Source: Candidatus Roizmanbacteria bacterium
GTDB lineage: Bacteria > Patescibacteriota > Microgenomatia > UBA1406 > GWC2-37-13
Length of the DNA stretch: 64,000 nt
Reading direction: 5' to 3'
Assembly (NCBI GenBank): GCA_016201695.1
Contig: JACQCK010000044.1
Span: forward strand, 27 to 64,026
The notes under the pieces were generated by a model, which was given only the letters and a program-made list of their open reading frames with translations, searched no databases and was not told where the DNA came from. Every line of letters starts with the position of its first letter. The first letter of the stretch is position 1. The translations under genes and the position numbers were made by a program. Below, piece after piece: positions 8,692-19,076 of this stretch.

Positions 8692-10150
8692 TAATCTTCT
8701 TACCCTTTTACTGGCCAGCTTCATCTTCATTATCCCGCTCTACCCCAAGTTCCCGCTGCGAGTCGTCAATTATACCTATGTCGCGATCCGGGTCGACGAT
8801 TTGTATGTCGGCCTACTGTATATTGTCTTTTTGTTGCAGCTTTTTCGGAAAAAAGTCCGTTTGAATACTCTTTTTTTAAAATTATTTATTCTCTTCTGGC
8901 TCGCTGTTTTTGCCTCATTTGTAGTCGGCGCGTATGTCTCCCACACGCTCGTGTACAAGCAGCTGGCCTTTTTTCATTCGCTTCGGCGAGTCGAGTATAT
9001 GGGTATTTTTTTTGTGGTACTTTCTTCAATCTTGTCGCCTAAACTTGCTAAAAAGCTTATCGATCTTCTTGTTGCCGTGCTTTTAATTGTTTGTATCTAC
9101 GGAATCGGCCAGAAGTTTTTTGGTTGGCCGGCGGTTCAGACGATGAATCCTGAATACGCCAAAGGATATTTATTGTTTTTGACGTCTGAAGCACGCATCT
9201 CCGCCACTTTTTCCGGCCACTACGATCTAGCCGCTTACCTCGTATTTTTAATTCCGCTCGTGTTGGGGCTGTACTTTGCTCACCAAAAAAAATGGTATTA
9301 TCTTACTTTTCTTTTGGCGTTTGGCACGCTCGTTCTGACGGCGGCCAGAAGCTCTTTTGTTGCTTATCTTATTACCATTATCGGCTTTCTCTTGGTTATT
9401 AAAAAACCAAAGCATCTCATCTTTATTCTCATTCTGACGGCGGTTCTGACACTTCTTAACAAAAATCTTAGTTCCCGGATCGCCCGAACATTTCAGGTTA
9501 AACAGATCTTTGTCAATGAGCAGACCGGCCAGGTAGTCGTTCCGCAGCGGATTTCGACCAAAGAGGTGCCGGCGGGCAGTTTTTACATCCCCATCAAACG
9601 CGATCACGGCTCGCCGACTGTCGACGATAGTTCGCTCGCTTTTGAACGGATACGCGCCGACCTCCGTGATGAATATGCCAAGAACCATAAGATTTTAACC
9701 AACAGTGAAGAAATACGTCTTGCGGCAACTATCGCCGCCGGCCTCAAACCCATCAACACCGTTGTCTCCGATATATCGTTCGCGACCCGCCTTCAGGTCG
9801 AGTGGCCGCGGGCAATCGGCGCCTTTTTGAAAAATCCGCTTTTTGGCACCGGTCCGTCTTCGATCACCGAGTCGACCGACAACGACTTTTTGCGCATGCT
9901 TGGCGAAGTTGGTCTCGCCGGCGGCCTTAGTTTTTTGGCGATTTTTATGGCCATTGTAAAATATCTGTCGGTGCATCTGCCGCCGAAGAGCGATCGCCGC
10001 CGCTCCATCTATCTCGGCTTTTTATTTGGCATCGGCGCCCTCGTTATTAACGCCGGATATATTGACGTATTTGAAGCGTCAAAAGTGGCCTACTATTTCT
10101 GGTTATCATCGGCCCTGATGATTGCCTCTCTGGCTAAAAATAACGTATGA
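8654..10150 (+). CDS. O-antigen ligase / Wzy-like polymerase family membrane protein
   Basis: 498 aa with about 10 TM helices and one large loop; the topology resembles a Wzy_C domain. Confidence 0.5.
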   Translation: MNSLMKLWRWIDNNLLTLLLASFIFIIPLYPKFPLRVVNYTYVAIRVDDLYVGLLYIVFLLQLFRKKVRLNTLFLKLFILFWLAVFASFVVGAYVSHTLVYKQLAFFHSLRRVEYMGIFFVVLSSILSPKLAKKLIDLLVAVLLIVCIYGIGQKFFGWPAVQTMNPEYAKGYLLFLTSEARISATFSGHYDLAAYLVFLIPLVLGLYFAHQKKWYYLTFLLAFGTLVLTAARSSFVAYLITIIGFLLVIKKPKHLIFILILTAVLTLLNKNLSSRIARTFQVKQIFVNEQTGQVVVPQRISTKEVPAGSFYIPIKRDHGSPTVDDSSLAFERIRADLRDEYAKNHKILTNSEEIRLAATIAAGLKPINTVVSDISFATRLQVEWPRAIGAFLKNPLFGTGPSSITESTDNDFLRMLGEVGLAGGLSFLAIFMAIVKYLSVHLPPKSDRRRSIYLGFLFGIGALVINAGYIDVFEASKVAYYFWLSSALMIASLAKNNV

Positions 10151-11589
10151 AAAGAGTTGATTTCTTTTTTTTAGCCGTAATTATTGTTGCTGCTTTTATT
10201 TTCAGGCTGTATAAAATTAATGCGCCACTCGCCGACTTTCATTCCTGGCGACAAGCCGATACCGCCGCCGTTGCCCGTAATTACGTAAGAAGCGGCATTG
10301 ACCTCTTGCACCCAACCTACGACGATCTTTCGAGTATCGAGACCGGCCGTGAAAATCCAAAGGGCTACCGCTTTGTTGAGTTTCCGCTTTATAACGCCAT
10401 TGTGGCGGTCTTTGAGAAATCATTACCTGTTTTCCCTGTCGAAGTGTGGGGACGGATCGTGACTGCGGTTTTTTCCCTCTTTATCATCGCCGTAATATAT
10501 TATCTGGCGTTAAAAGAGATCGGGCGCATCGCCGCCATATTTTCAGCCCTGACTTACGCGATCTTTCCTTTTTTCGTGTTTTTCTCAAGAGTCGTCCTGC
10601 CGGAGACAACCGCGCTGGCCTTTGCCTTTATCAGCCTTTTTTTTCTCTACCTGTCTCTCGAAACTGACAAAAAACGAGTCCGGCCGATAACTTATTTTTT
10701 AAGCATTCTTACCTTTGCCGCGGCTCTTTTGGTCAAACCAACGGTCATATTTTACGCTCTTGCCCTCTTTTATTTGTTTATCCGCCTCTACCGGCTGTCG
10801 GCCGTCAAAAAAACCGAGATGTATTGGCTCTTTTTTCTAAGCGCCTTACCTCTTCTTTGCTGGAGACTATATATCCGCAGTTACCCCGAAGGCATTCCGG
10901 CCAGCGACTGGCTAATTACAAGTGTTAATACATATGAAGGATTAAAAAATGTTTTTCTTAAGCCGGCTTTTTTTCGCTGGGTTTTTTTTGAACGGTTAAG
11001 CAAAGACATCTTGGGCGGATTTTTGGCATTCTTCCTTTTTCTTGGCGTTACGGCCAGGCGGAAAAAACAGCTGCTTCCGGCGATTCTTTTTTCGGCGCTG
11101 GCCTTTCTTTTTGTTTTTGAAGGCGGCAACGTGCAGCATGAATATTATCAAACACTAATCCTGCCGGCGGTTGCGCTTATGGTTGGCGCGGGCACGGCCT
11201 TCGTGATTGAAAACTCATCCTTGTTTATTCATCCTCTGGCGCTTTATCCCATCATTACGGTTATTTATGCTTCGTCGTTCTTTTTTTCTTTCTATCAGGT
11301 TAAGGATTTTTATAGTTACCCCAAAGAGCTCCCGCAGATCGGCCGACTTATTAATACACTCACCGTCCCCACCGATAGAATTGTCACCGATCGACTGGGC
11401 GATACCACCCTTCTCTATTTAGCCGATCGAAAAGGCGCGCCTGGCTTTTATAAAAACGTTCCCGAACTCCGGCAACTCGGCTATACTCATCTTGTCACCC
11501 TCCATCCGGAAACGGCCGACAGTCTGATAAAGCAGTACAAACTGCCGGTAGTATTTCAAAATAATGAGCTTAGTTTACTTCGCCTATGA
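10147..11589 (+). CDS. GT-C glycosyltransferase (ArnT / family 39-like)
   Basis: 480 aa, multi-pass, with an N-terminal FHSWRQADTAAVARNY motif. Start overlaps the upstream stop by 4 nt. Confidence 0.55.
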   Translation: MKRVDFFFLAVIIVAAFIFRLYKINAPLADFHSWRQADTAAVARNYVRSGIDLLHPTYDDLSSIETGRENPKGYRFVEFPLYNAIVAVFEKSLPVFPVEVWGRIVTAVFSLFIIAVIYYLALKEIGRIAAIFSALTYAIFPFFVFFSRVVLPETTALAFAFISLFFLYLSLETDKKRVRPITYFLSILTFAAALLVKPTVIFYALALFYLFIRLYRLSAVKKTEMYWLFFLSALPLLCWRLYIRSYPEGIPASDWLITSVNTYEGLKNVFLKPAFFRWVFFERLSKDILGGFLAFFLFLGVTARRKKQLLPAILFSALAFLFVFEGGNVQHEYYQTLILPAVALMVGAGTAFVIENSSLFIHPLALYPIITVIYASSFFFSFYQVKDFYSYPKELPQIGRLINTLTVPTDRIVTDRLGDTTLLYLADRKGAPGFYKNVPELRQLGYTHLVTLHPETADSLIKQYKLPVVFQNNELSLLRL

Positions 11590-12788
11590 AGATTTTGATG
11601 CTTACTCCTTATTTGCCCTATCCTCCTGCGTCCGGCGGGCAAATACGGACCCTCAACCTTCTTAAATATTTGAGTAAAAATAACGAAATTGTCCTTATTT
11701 GCCTGTACAAAAACGAAAAAGAAAAAAAATACGCTTCATATCTTGAGACCTTCTGCAAAAAAATTTACCTCTGTAAACGGCCGGAAAAACCCTGGCAACC
11801 GACGATTATCCTCCGGGCAATTTTTTCTCCCCTGCCGTTTCTTATTGTCAGAAACTACTCCGACGACGCCAGGAAAACCGTCGAAAAACTTTTGAAAAAC
11901 GAACGCTTTGACGTCATCCATGCGGAAACGTTTTACATTATGCCTCATATCCACGCGACCGCTGTCCCCATCCTCCTTGTCGAGCAGACAATTGAATACA
12001 AGGTCTATCAGCACTTCACCAACAGCTTTCCTTTTTTTATCCGTCCTTTCTTTTACCTTGACATTCTTAAACTTCGCTCTTGGGAACGGCACTACTGGAA
12101 AAAGGCAAGCCTGGTGGCTACGGTTTCCGAAGCCGATACGCGTATTATCAGCGCCATCGAACCAAGTATCCGTTCCGTCGTCATTCCCAACGGTGCCGGC
12201 GACGAAATGTTCATTAAAAAAATCAATAATAAAAAAATCAGCACCCCGAAAATTTTATTTATGGGTAATTTTTTCTGGTTGCAAAATATCGAGGCGGCCA
12301 AATACCTGATCCATCACATTTTTCCCCACCTTCTCCGGCTAATCCCGGATATTCAGGTCGTTATCGCCGGTCAGGAAGCCCGCAGAAAATTGGCCCTCCC
12401 TCTTGATCCGCATATCGAAATAATCGATATTGATCCTGACGATACGCCGATGGTCAAAAAAATTTACCACGATTCAACTCTGTTCATCGCCCCAATTTTT
12501 GGCCCGGGCGGCACACGCTTAAAAATTCTGGCGGCGATGGCCGCCGGCATTCCGGTCGTTGCCACTAAGGTCGGGATCGAGGGTTTGGGTGTAATTAACG
12601 GAGAGCACGTTGTTATTGCCAATTCACCCGCGGAGTTTGCCAACGCCGTCAAAACGATTCTCTCGGATCACTCCTTCTACAATACACTGCGAAGAAAAGC
12701 GCATGCACTCGTCAGGCAAAAATTCAGCTGGATGGCCATCGCCAGACAGCTTGAAGTCGTTTATAAAAACATTACCAAAAAGAGGTGA
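11586..12788 (+). CDS. Family 4 (GT-B) glycosyltransferase
   Basis: YPPASGGQIR N-terminus and GPGGTRLKILAAMAAGIPVVAT in the C-terminal domain. Confidence 0.75.
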   Translation: MKILMLTPYLPYPPASGGQIRTLNLLKYLSKNNEIVLICLYKNEKEKKYASYLETFCKKIYLCKRPEKPWQPTIILRAIFSPLPFLIVRNYSDDARKTVEKLLKNERFDVIHAETFYIMPHIHATAVPILLVEQTIEYKVYQHFTNSFPFFIRPFFYLDILKLRSWERHYWKKASLVATVSEADTRIISAIEPSIRSVVIPNGAGDEMFIKKINNKKISTPKILFMGNFFWLQNIEAAKYLIHHIFPHLLRLIPDIQVVIAGQEARRKLALPLDPHIEIIDIDPDDTPMVKKIYHDSTLFIAPIFGPGGTRLKILAAMAAGIPVVATKVGIEGLGVINGEHVVIANSPAEFANAVKTILSDHSFYNTLRRKAHALVRQKFSWMAIARQLEVVYKNITKKR

Positions 12789-13885
12789 AAATCGGACTCG
12801 ACATTTCCCAAATTGTCTACGCCGGAACCGGTGTCAGCCGTTTTACCGCCGGACTGACCAACGAGATTCTTAAGAGACAAACTTCTCCCCAGCAGTGGGT
12901 GTTCTTTTTTTCCGGTTTCAGAAAAAAATTAGATCCGGCTATAAAAACGGCGATTAATAATGCCGGACAAACGCTTAAGGAGTTTGCCTTTCCGCCGCAG
13001 TTTCTTAACCTGGCCTGGAATAAAGCACGCTTCGGTTATATTGATGACCTTATCGGCCAACTCGACTGGTTTATTTCATCAGACTGGTCTGAACCGCGTT
13101 CGCGCGCCAGGAAAGCAACCGTTGTTCACGACCTGGCCTTCAGACGTTTTCCGCAAACGGTGACCGATCAGGTCCGAACGGTGCAGGAGGCCCGTTTGGC
13201 CATTGCCACGCGCGAATGCCGGGTTATTTTTGCCGATTCGGAAACGACTAGAAATGACCTGCTTTCTTTTTTTCCGGGCATAACTTCAACGGTCGTTGTC
13301 AACTATCCGGGCGTTACCACTCAACCGCCGTCAAAGAAAATGATCGCCTTGATAAAACAAAAGTATCAACTAAACAAACCGTTTATTTTGACGGTCGGTA
13401 AAATTGAACCCCGAAAAAATCTTAACCGACTTATGACGGCCTTTCTCGCCACCAAACTTCCGACCGAGACTGATTTGGCGGTCGTTGGCCCGCCCGGCTG
13501 GGGAAAATTAGCGTTCCCCCCAAATCAGCGCATCCGTCTCTTAGGCTATATTCCTGATGAAGAACTGTATGCTCTGTATGCCGCGTGCGAGTACTTTATC
13601 TTTCCCTCATTGTGGGAAGGTTTTGGCTATCCGCTCGTTGAAGCCATGCAGTGCGGGGCCGCCGCCGCCGCCGCCAACACTTCCTCTCTTAGGGAAATCG
13701 GCCGGGAAGCGACCCTTTTTTTTGACCCGCAGGAGACCGACAGTATCGCCAAAGCAATTCTTCGTCTGTCAACCGACAGAAAACTGCGAAGCACCCTGAT
13801 TGACAGAGGCAGAACGGTTTTACACCGCTTTCAATGGAAAAACTACTATGATCTATTAATTAGTACTTTGGAGAAAAATACTTAA
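12785..13885 (+). CDS. Family 4 (GT-B) glycosyltransferase
   Basis: FPSLWEGFGYPLVEAM (EX7E region). Confidence 0.75.
   Translation: MKIGLDISQIVYAGTGVSRFTAGLTNEILKRQTSPQQWVFFFSGFRKKLDPAIKTAINNAGQTLKEFAFPPQFLNLAWNKARFGYIDDLIGQLDWFISSDWSEPRSRARKATVVHDLAFRRFPQTVTDQVRTVQEARLAIATRECRVIFADSETTRNDLLSFFPGITSTVVVNYPGVTTQPPSKKMIALIKQKYQLNKPFILTVGKIEPRKNLNRLMTAFLATKLPTETDLAVVGPPGWGKLAFPPNQRIRLLGYIPDEELYALYAACEYFIFPSLWEGFGYPLVEAMQCGAAAAAANTSSLREIGREATLFFDPQETDSIAKAILRLSTDRKLRSTLIDRGRTVLHRFQWKNYYDLLISTLEKNT
13658..13675 (+). repeat. (GCC)6 trinucleotide repeat encoding Ala6
   Basis: gcc x6, read directly. Encodes CGAAAAAAN where the neighbouring paralog has YGCPVISSF. Confidence 0.95.
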
Positions 13886-13889
13886 GCCT

Positions 13890-14990
13890 ATGCATATCGC
13901 CGTCGACGGAAACGAAGCCAATGTTGCCGAGCAAGTCGGCGTCTCCGTCTATGCCTACAATCTCCTTCGTTACTTTCAAAAACAGGCCACCGCCGAAATT
14001 CAATTTACTGTTTTTTTGCGAAAACCGCCGCTTGACTTTTTACCGGCGCCGATCCGGTATTTTCAGTACCGCGTTGTTTCCGGGCCGTTTTTGTGGTCGG
14101 CGGTTTTTCTGCCTCTGGAACTTTACCGTTTACGCCGCTTTGACTGTTTTTTTTCTCCGGCCCACTACTCGCCCAAATTTTGCCCGGCGCCTCTTATTGT
14201 TACGATCCATGATCTGTCTTATTTTTATTTCCCGGACGAATTCTTAAAAAAAGACCTCTATAAACTAAAAAACTGGACCGCCGCTTCCGTAAAAAAAGCC
14301 GCCAAAATTATCGCCGTCTCCAAAAATACGAAAAAGGACATCGTTAAGTTTTATGCGGTTCCCGATGAGACAATCGAAGTCGTTTATAACGGCTATGAAA
14401 AAACAGCGGTTACAACTGCAGCCGTGAAGATACAAACGACGCTTTTGCCAAGCCGAAAGTATATTTTGTATGTCGGCACGCTCCAACCGCGGAAGAATTT
14501 GGCGATTCTGCTCACGACATTTGCAAAATTTCAGCGATTACATTCTGACTACCAACTGGTCATCGCCGGAAAAAAAGGCTGGTTATACGATCAAATATTT
14601 CAGAAAGTGAACGATCTTGGTATTGCCAATTCCGTCGTTTTCCCCGGCTATGTCAGCGATGAGGAGCTCATTTATTTATACCGTCGGGCTTTTTGTTCGG
14701 TCATGCCGTCTCTTTACGAAGGCTTTGGCATCCCGATACTTGAGGCGATGAGCTACGGATGCCCGGTCATAAGTTCGTTTTCTTCCAGTCTGTCGGAAAT
14801 CGGCGGCGAGGCAAGCCTGTATTTTGATCCCCAAGACGAAGAGGATCTTCTTGAAAAACTCGCGGAACTAAAAAGCAACCCTGCCTTAGCCAAAGACCTC
14901 GTGACAAAAGGCAAAGCCCGGGTAAAATTATTTTCCTGGGAAAAATGCGCCCGCGAAACGCTGGAGATCATTAAAAGTATCGGAAAATAA
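13890..14990 (+). CDS. Family 4 (GT-B) glycosyltransferase
   Basis: MPSLYEGFGIPILEAMSYGCPVISS. Confidence 0.75.
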   Translation: MHIAVDGNEANVAEQVGVSVYAYNLLRYFQKQATAEIQFTVFLRKPPLDFLPAPIRYFQYRVVSGPFLWSAVFLPLELYRLRRFDCFFSPAHYSPKFCPAPLIVTIHDLSYFYFPDEFLKKDLYKLKNWTAASVKKAAKIIAVSKNTKKDIVKFYAVPDETIEVVYNGYEKTAVTTAAVKIQTTLLPSRKYILYVGTLQPRKNLAILLTTFAKFQRLHSDYQLVIAGKKGWLYDQIFQKVNDLGIANSVVFPGYVSDEELIYLYRRAFCSVMPSLYEGFGIPILEAMSYGCPVISSFSSSLSEIGGEASLYFDPQDEEDLLEKLAELKSNPALAKDLVTKGKARVKLFSWEKCARETLEIIKSIGK

Positions 14991-14991
14991 T

Positions 14992-15528
14992 ATGAACAGC
15001 CAAAAACCTACCAATCCGGAGGGAAAAAGATTTCTTAGCGTGTTTCTTGCTGATAGAAAAATAAATGAGGAAATTTATAAACTTATCCCCGAGCATAAAT
15101 TTGATTACCGGATGGTAAATACTGCCTCCAAACAATCTGATTCTCCTCGGGAAAGCCTGACTCACCAAATCTACGTCACCCGGAATTATGTTCGCGCTTT
15201 AAAAACCGGAACACTGCACTGGGGTGATGCGGTCTACCATAAACTTATGCAACCCGGAGACAAGAAACGATCAAAAGAAGAGCTGCTTAAAGCTTTCGAT
15301 AAAGGAACGGAAGAATTATGCCAAGCGCTTAGCGACCCAACGATTGGCGAAAAACAAGTCTACGTTACCTGGAGTAAACAACCGGTTTCGGCGCTACTCT
15401 CAATCTGGAGTCTTGACCGGCATGAAATTCTCCACCAGGGATGGAATTTAGCTTTGATGGACCATTTGCATATTCCCCGTTTTCGAAAGCTTAAAGAGAT
15501 GTGGGGCTCTGAAAACTTGGGAAATTAA
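14992..15528 (+). CDS. Hypothetical protein (weak DinB-like helical-bundle resemblance)
   Basis: 178-aa ORF starting 2 nt after the upstream stop. It has His-containing C-terminal helices only. Confidence 0.4.
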   Translation: MNSQKPTNPEGKRFLSVFLADRKINEEIYKLIPEHKFDYRMVNTASKQSDSPRESLTHQIYVTRNYVRALKTGTLHWGDAVYHKLMQPGDKKRSKEELLKAFDKGTEELCQALSDPTIGEKQVYVTWSKQPVSALLSIWSLDRHEILHQGWNLALMDHLHIPRFRKLKEMWGSENLGN

Positions 15529-15563
15529 GGAAGGTCTTAGACAAAATAGTATAATTACGCTCT

Positions 15564-16568
15564 ATGGAAATTAGACAAGTTGACAATAACTTCCCCAAAC
15601 AGGTATGGAACGGCAAAGCGACTCATCCTCTCCAAGCGTGGGAGTGGGGCGAAGCACGGCAAAAGATGGGCTCCGAAGTCGTCCGAATCGGCGAGTTTAA
15701 CGGACAGATCCTCCTTTCAACCTATCAAATGACACTCCACCCTCTTCCTTTTCTGCCGTTTAAAATTGGCTATTTGCCCCGCTCGGCCTTCCCAGACAAG
15801 GCAGTCGTTCATTTTCTCACCGAATTCGGAAAAAAACACTCAATTATTTTCATTCAATTAGAACCTTACCTTAAAAAAACCGGCGGCGGGCGACCGGCGG
15901 CGGGCGATGGACTAACTGCCTCACCCCATCCGCTCTTTCCCGCCTGGACCCAAACCCTTGACCTTAGCAAAAGCGAACCGGAACTCCTGGCTAACCTGAA
16001 ATCAAAAACGCGCTATAACATCAACTTAGCGCAAAAAAAAGGCGTTAAGGTAAATGAGGCGTCTGACGACAAGGGCTTCCGGGCTTTTTCCCGTCTCTAC
16101 TTCGCCACCTGCCGCCGTCAACGTTATTTCGGGCACGATGAAAACTACCACCACACTATTTGGCATGCCTTAAAGCCCTCGATCGCCCATATCCTCGTCG
16201 CCGACTACCGGAATATCCCGTTGGCCGCTTACGAGTTATTTTTTTTCCGAGATACGTTGTACTACCCTTACGGCGGCACCTCAAGCGAACACCGCAATCT
16301 GATGGCTTCTAATCTTTTGCTGTGGGAAAGCATCCGCTTAGGCAAACGATTGGGCGCGACTAAATTTGATCTGTGGGGATCGCTCCCGCCGAGCTACGAC
16401 TATCGTCATCCTTGGGCGGGTTTTACCCGGTTTAAGGAAGGATACGGAACCGAGTTTGTTGAAATGATCGGCAGCTTTGATCTGGTCATCAATCCGGTTT
16501 TTCATCAGATTTATCAGCCGATTTATACGCTTAGGGAGTGGTTTCTCCGTCTCAAAAGTCTAGTTTAA
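15564..16568 (+). CDS. FemAB-family peptidoglycan interpeptide-bridge aminoacyltransferase-like protein
   Basis: [18 protein letters not shown] plus the C-terminal acyltransferase-like half. Confidence 0.6.
   Translation: MEIRQVDNNFPKQVWNGKATHPLQAWEWGEARQKMGSEVVRIGEFNGQILLSTYQMTLHPLPFLPFKIGYLPRSAFPDKAVVHFLTEFGKKHSIIFIQLEPYLKKTGGGRPAAGDGLTASPHPLFPAWTQTLDLSKSEPELLANLKSKTRYNINLAQKKGVKVNEASDDKGFRAFSRLYFATCRRQRYFGHDENYHHTIWHALKPSIAHILVADYRNIPLAAYELFFFRDTLYYPYGGTSSEHRNLMASNLLLWESIRLGKRLGATKFDLWGSLPPSYDYRHPWAGFTRFKEGYGTEFVEMIGSFDLVINPVFHQIYQPIYTLREWFLRLKSLV
15880..15907 (+). repeat. Perfect 14-nt tandem duplication (ccggcggcgggcga x2) inside the FemAB-like CDS
   Basis: Units at 15880..15893 and 15894..15907 are identical. 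The unit length is not a multiple of 3. Confidence 0.95.
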
Positions 16569-18980
16569 TTTTTCCTCTTTAAGGGTGGCAAATTTTTCCA
16601 GCGATACCGTCGGAAAGGTGGGTTTGTTATGAGGGAATACCAACGCTTCCCGCAACACCTCGTCCATGTGCTCAACGTAGACAAACCGCAGGTCTTTCAA
16701 AACGTACGACGGAATATCTTCCAGGTCTTTTTTATTTTCTTTTGGCAGAATTACCGTTTTGATGTGGGCACGGTGGGCGGCGATTACTTTTTCTTTAATG
16801 CCGCCGATTTCGAGTACCCGGCCGCGCAGAGTGATTTCGCCGGTCATGCCAACGTATCGCTTGACCGGAATTTTAGTGAGAGCCGAAATTATCGCCGAGG
16901 TAATCGCTATCCCGGCTGACGGACCGTCCTTAGGCACGGCGCCTTCCGGCACATGAACGTGAACATCAATTACCGTGAAGAAATCCTTTGACAGGCCGAA
17001 AAGATCCCAGCGCGAACGGATGTAGGAGAGAGCAGCCTGACAAGATTCTTTCATTACCTCACCCAAATGACCGGTAAGCGTCAGTCCGCCTTTACCCGGC
17101 ATAATCGCCACTTCGATAAACAAAATGTCGCCGCCGGCGTGCGTCCAGGCCAGCCCGGTTGAAATACCAACCGTGTCTTTTTCCTCGATCATTTGCGCTG
17201 AATATTTGTACGGTCCTAAATATTTGGCGATATCGGATAAACCAACCATCCTCGTCTTGTATTTTTTTTCAACCAACTCCCGAGCAACCTTACGGTAAAT
17301 AGCCGCGATCTGCCGTTCCAATTCACGGACGCCGGCTTCACGGGTATAACGCCTTATGAGCTCTTTGAGCGCGGCGTCAGTTATTCTGAGTTCGTTGTGA
17401 CTCAAACCGTGGGCGGCCAACTGTTTACTGATCAGATGCTCCTTAAGAATGTTGAATTTTTCGTCCTCGGTGTAACCGGGAAAATGAATCACCTCCAGGC
17501 GATCAAGAAGCGCATCCGGGATAGTATCGATGATGTTGGCCGTTGTCAGGAAAAACACTTCAGACAAATCATACGACACCTCGAGGTAATGATCGGAGAA
17601 AGCGTGGTTCTGTTCGGGATCAAGCGCCTCAAGAAGGGCGGCCGACGGATCTCCCCGATAATCTCTGCCGATCTTATCAATTTCGTCAAGCATAAAGACC
17701 GGGTCTTTGGCGTTGGCTTGTTTAATGCCTTGAATTATCCGCCCCGGTAACGCGCCGACATATGTCCGGCGGTGTCCCCGGATCTCGGCCTCGTCGCGGA
17801 TACCGCCAAGCGACACTTTGACAAACTTTCTCCCCAAAGATCTGGCGATCGATTTTCCCAGTGAAGTTTTGCCGACGCCGGGTGGGCCAACGAAACAGAG
17901 AATAGTCGGCTGTTTTTCTTTGCCGGCAGTCGCGGCTTTCTGTTTTTTCAACTCCATTACCGCCAAATACTCGAGAATCCGTTCTTTAATCTTTTTTAGG
18001 CCGTAATGGTCTTCGTTGAGGATTTTTTCCGCTTTTTTGATATCAACGTCCGGTTTGGCGGCAACGTTCCAGGGAATGTCAACGATCCAGTCAAGATAAG
18101 TGCGTATATATGACGCCTCCGGGTTAAACTGAGACATTTGCGAAAGCCGTTTAAGTTCTTTCATCGCCTTCTCCTCGACTTCTTTGGGCGTCTTGGCTCT
18201 TTTAATCTTAAGACGGTATTCGTCGATTTCTTTATCTTCGTTTTTCCCGCCAAGCTCTTCTTCGATCGTCTTCATCTTTTCGCGTAAAAATGCGTCTTTC
18301 ATCCCCTGTTCAAATTTCTTCTGTGTCTTTGAAGAGATGTTAAATTCTATCTCCAAAATACGGATCTCCCGATTGACATAATCAATTTCTTTTTTCAGTC
18401 TGATCTTAAGATCCGGCTCCTCAAGAAGCTCCTGGCGCTCACCGGTTTTTAAGTCCAGGACGGCGGCAATCTGATATGAAAAGTCTTGGGCGTTGGCGAT
18501 ATTGAGAATATTCATGAGAAAACTGAATTCGATGGTTTTTCCAAGATTAATGGCCCGCTTGATATGGGCGGAAATATGGCGTACCATTGCCTGTATTTCT
18601 TCGTCGTCAATCGGCTCTTCTTTGACTCCCTCTACCCTGGCTTCCAAAAACGGAGTTTCGCGGATAATTTCGCTTATTTTTACTTTCATAATTCCCTTGA
18701 CTAAGGCATTGATCTCGCCTTTTTCGCCGATGATTGTTTTTTCGACCGAAGCCACCACGCCGACCTCATACAGGTCCTTAATTGGCGGATCGTCAGAGGC
18801 GGGATTTTTTTGCATAACGAGGACAATTTTCTTATCTTTTTTTAGAGCCTCATTAATGGCCAAAACACTCTTCGGGCGACCGAAGATAAGCGCGTTCTCG
18901 GTATTAGGAAAAACTATCCCTTCACGGATGGCTACCAAGGGGTAAATAGATTGTTCTGACGGCCCAATTAGTATTGGCAT
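16560..18980 (-). CDS. lon: ATP-dependent Lon protease
   Basis: GPPGVGKTS Walker A and [10 protein letters not shown] catalytic Ser. The start is placed at ATG 18980 (MPILIGPSE...) because the TTG at 19019 is the -35 box of its promoter. Confidence 0.95.
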   Translation of the reverse strand: MPILIGPSEQSIYPLVAIREGIVFPNTENALIFGRPKSVLAINEALKKDKKIVLVMQKNPASDDPPIKDLYEVGVVASVEKTIIGEKGEINALVKGIMKVKISEIIRETPFLEARVEGVKEEPIDDEEIQAMVRHISAHIKRAINLGKTIEFSFLMNILNIANAQDFSYQIAAVLDLKTGERQELLEEPDLKIRLKKEIDYVNREIRILEIEFNISSKTQKKFEQGMKDAFLREKMKTIEEELGGKNEDKEIDEYRLKIKRAKTPKEVEEKAMKELKRLSQMSQFNPEASYIRTYLDWIVDIPWNVAAKPDVDIKKAEKILNEDHYGLKKIKERILEYLAVMELKKQKAATAGKEKQPTILCFVGPPGVGKTSLGKSIARSLGRKFVKVSLGGIRDEAEIRGHRRTYVGALPGRIIQGIKQANAKDPVFMLDEIDKIGRDYRGDPSAALLEALDPEQNHAFSDHYLEVSYDLSEVFFLTTANIIDTIPDALLDRLEVIHFPGYTEDEKFNILKEHLISKQLAAHGLSHNELRITDAALKELIRRYTREAGVRELERQIAAIYRKVARELVEKKYKTRMVGLSDIAKYLGPYKYSAQMIEEKDTVGISTGLAWTHAGGDILFIEVAIMPGKGGLTLTGHLGEVMKESCQAALSYIRSRWDLFGLSKDFFTVIDVHVHVPEGAVPKDGPSAGIAITSAIISALTKIPVKRYVGMTGEITLRGRVLEIGGIKEKVIAAHRAHIKTVILPKENKKDLEDIPSYVLKDLRFVYVEHMDEVLREALVFPHNKPTFPTVSLEKFATLKEEKLN

Positions 18981-18990
18981 GTCTATTAGC

Positions 18991-19019
18991 AGTATAACAT
19001 AATGGGTGCTAAGTGTCAA
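18991..19019 (-). promoter_or_regulatory. Consensus promoter TTGACA-N17-TATACT, 10 nt from the lon ATG
   Basis: -35 at 19019..19014, -10 at 18996..18991. Confidence 0.65.
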
Positions 19020-19076
19020 GTGAAATTAACATTTTGTTGTTGTAATGTTCTAATTATTACTTATAGATCAAATAAA

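Noticed and set aside
18981-19019. N-terminal extension of lon (ORF-track start at 19019, [13 protein letters not shown]...).
   Set aside because: The TTG 'start' is the first half of a TTGACA -35 box, with TATACT 17 nt downstream. The Lon homology begins at the ATG at 18980.
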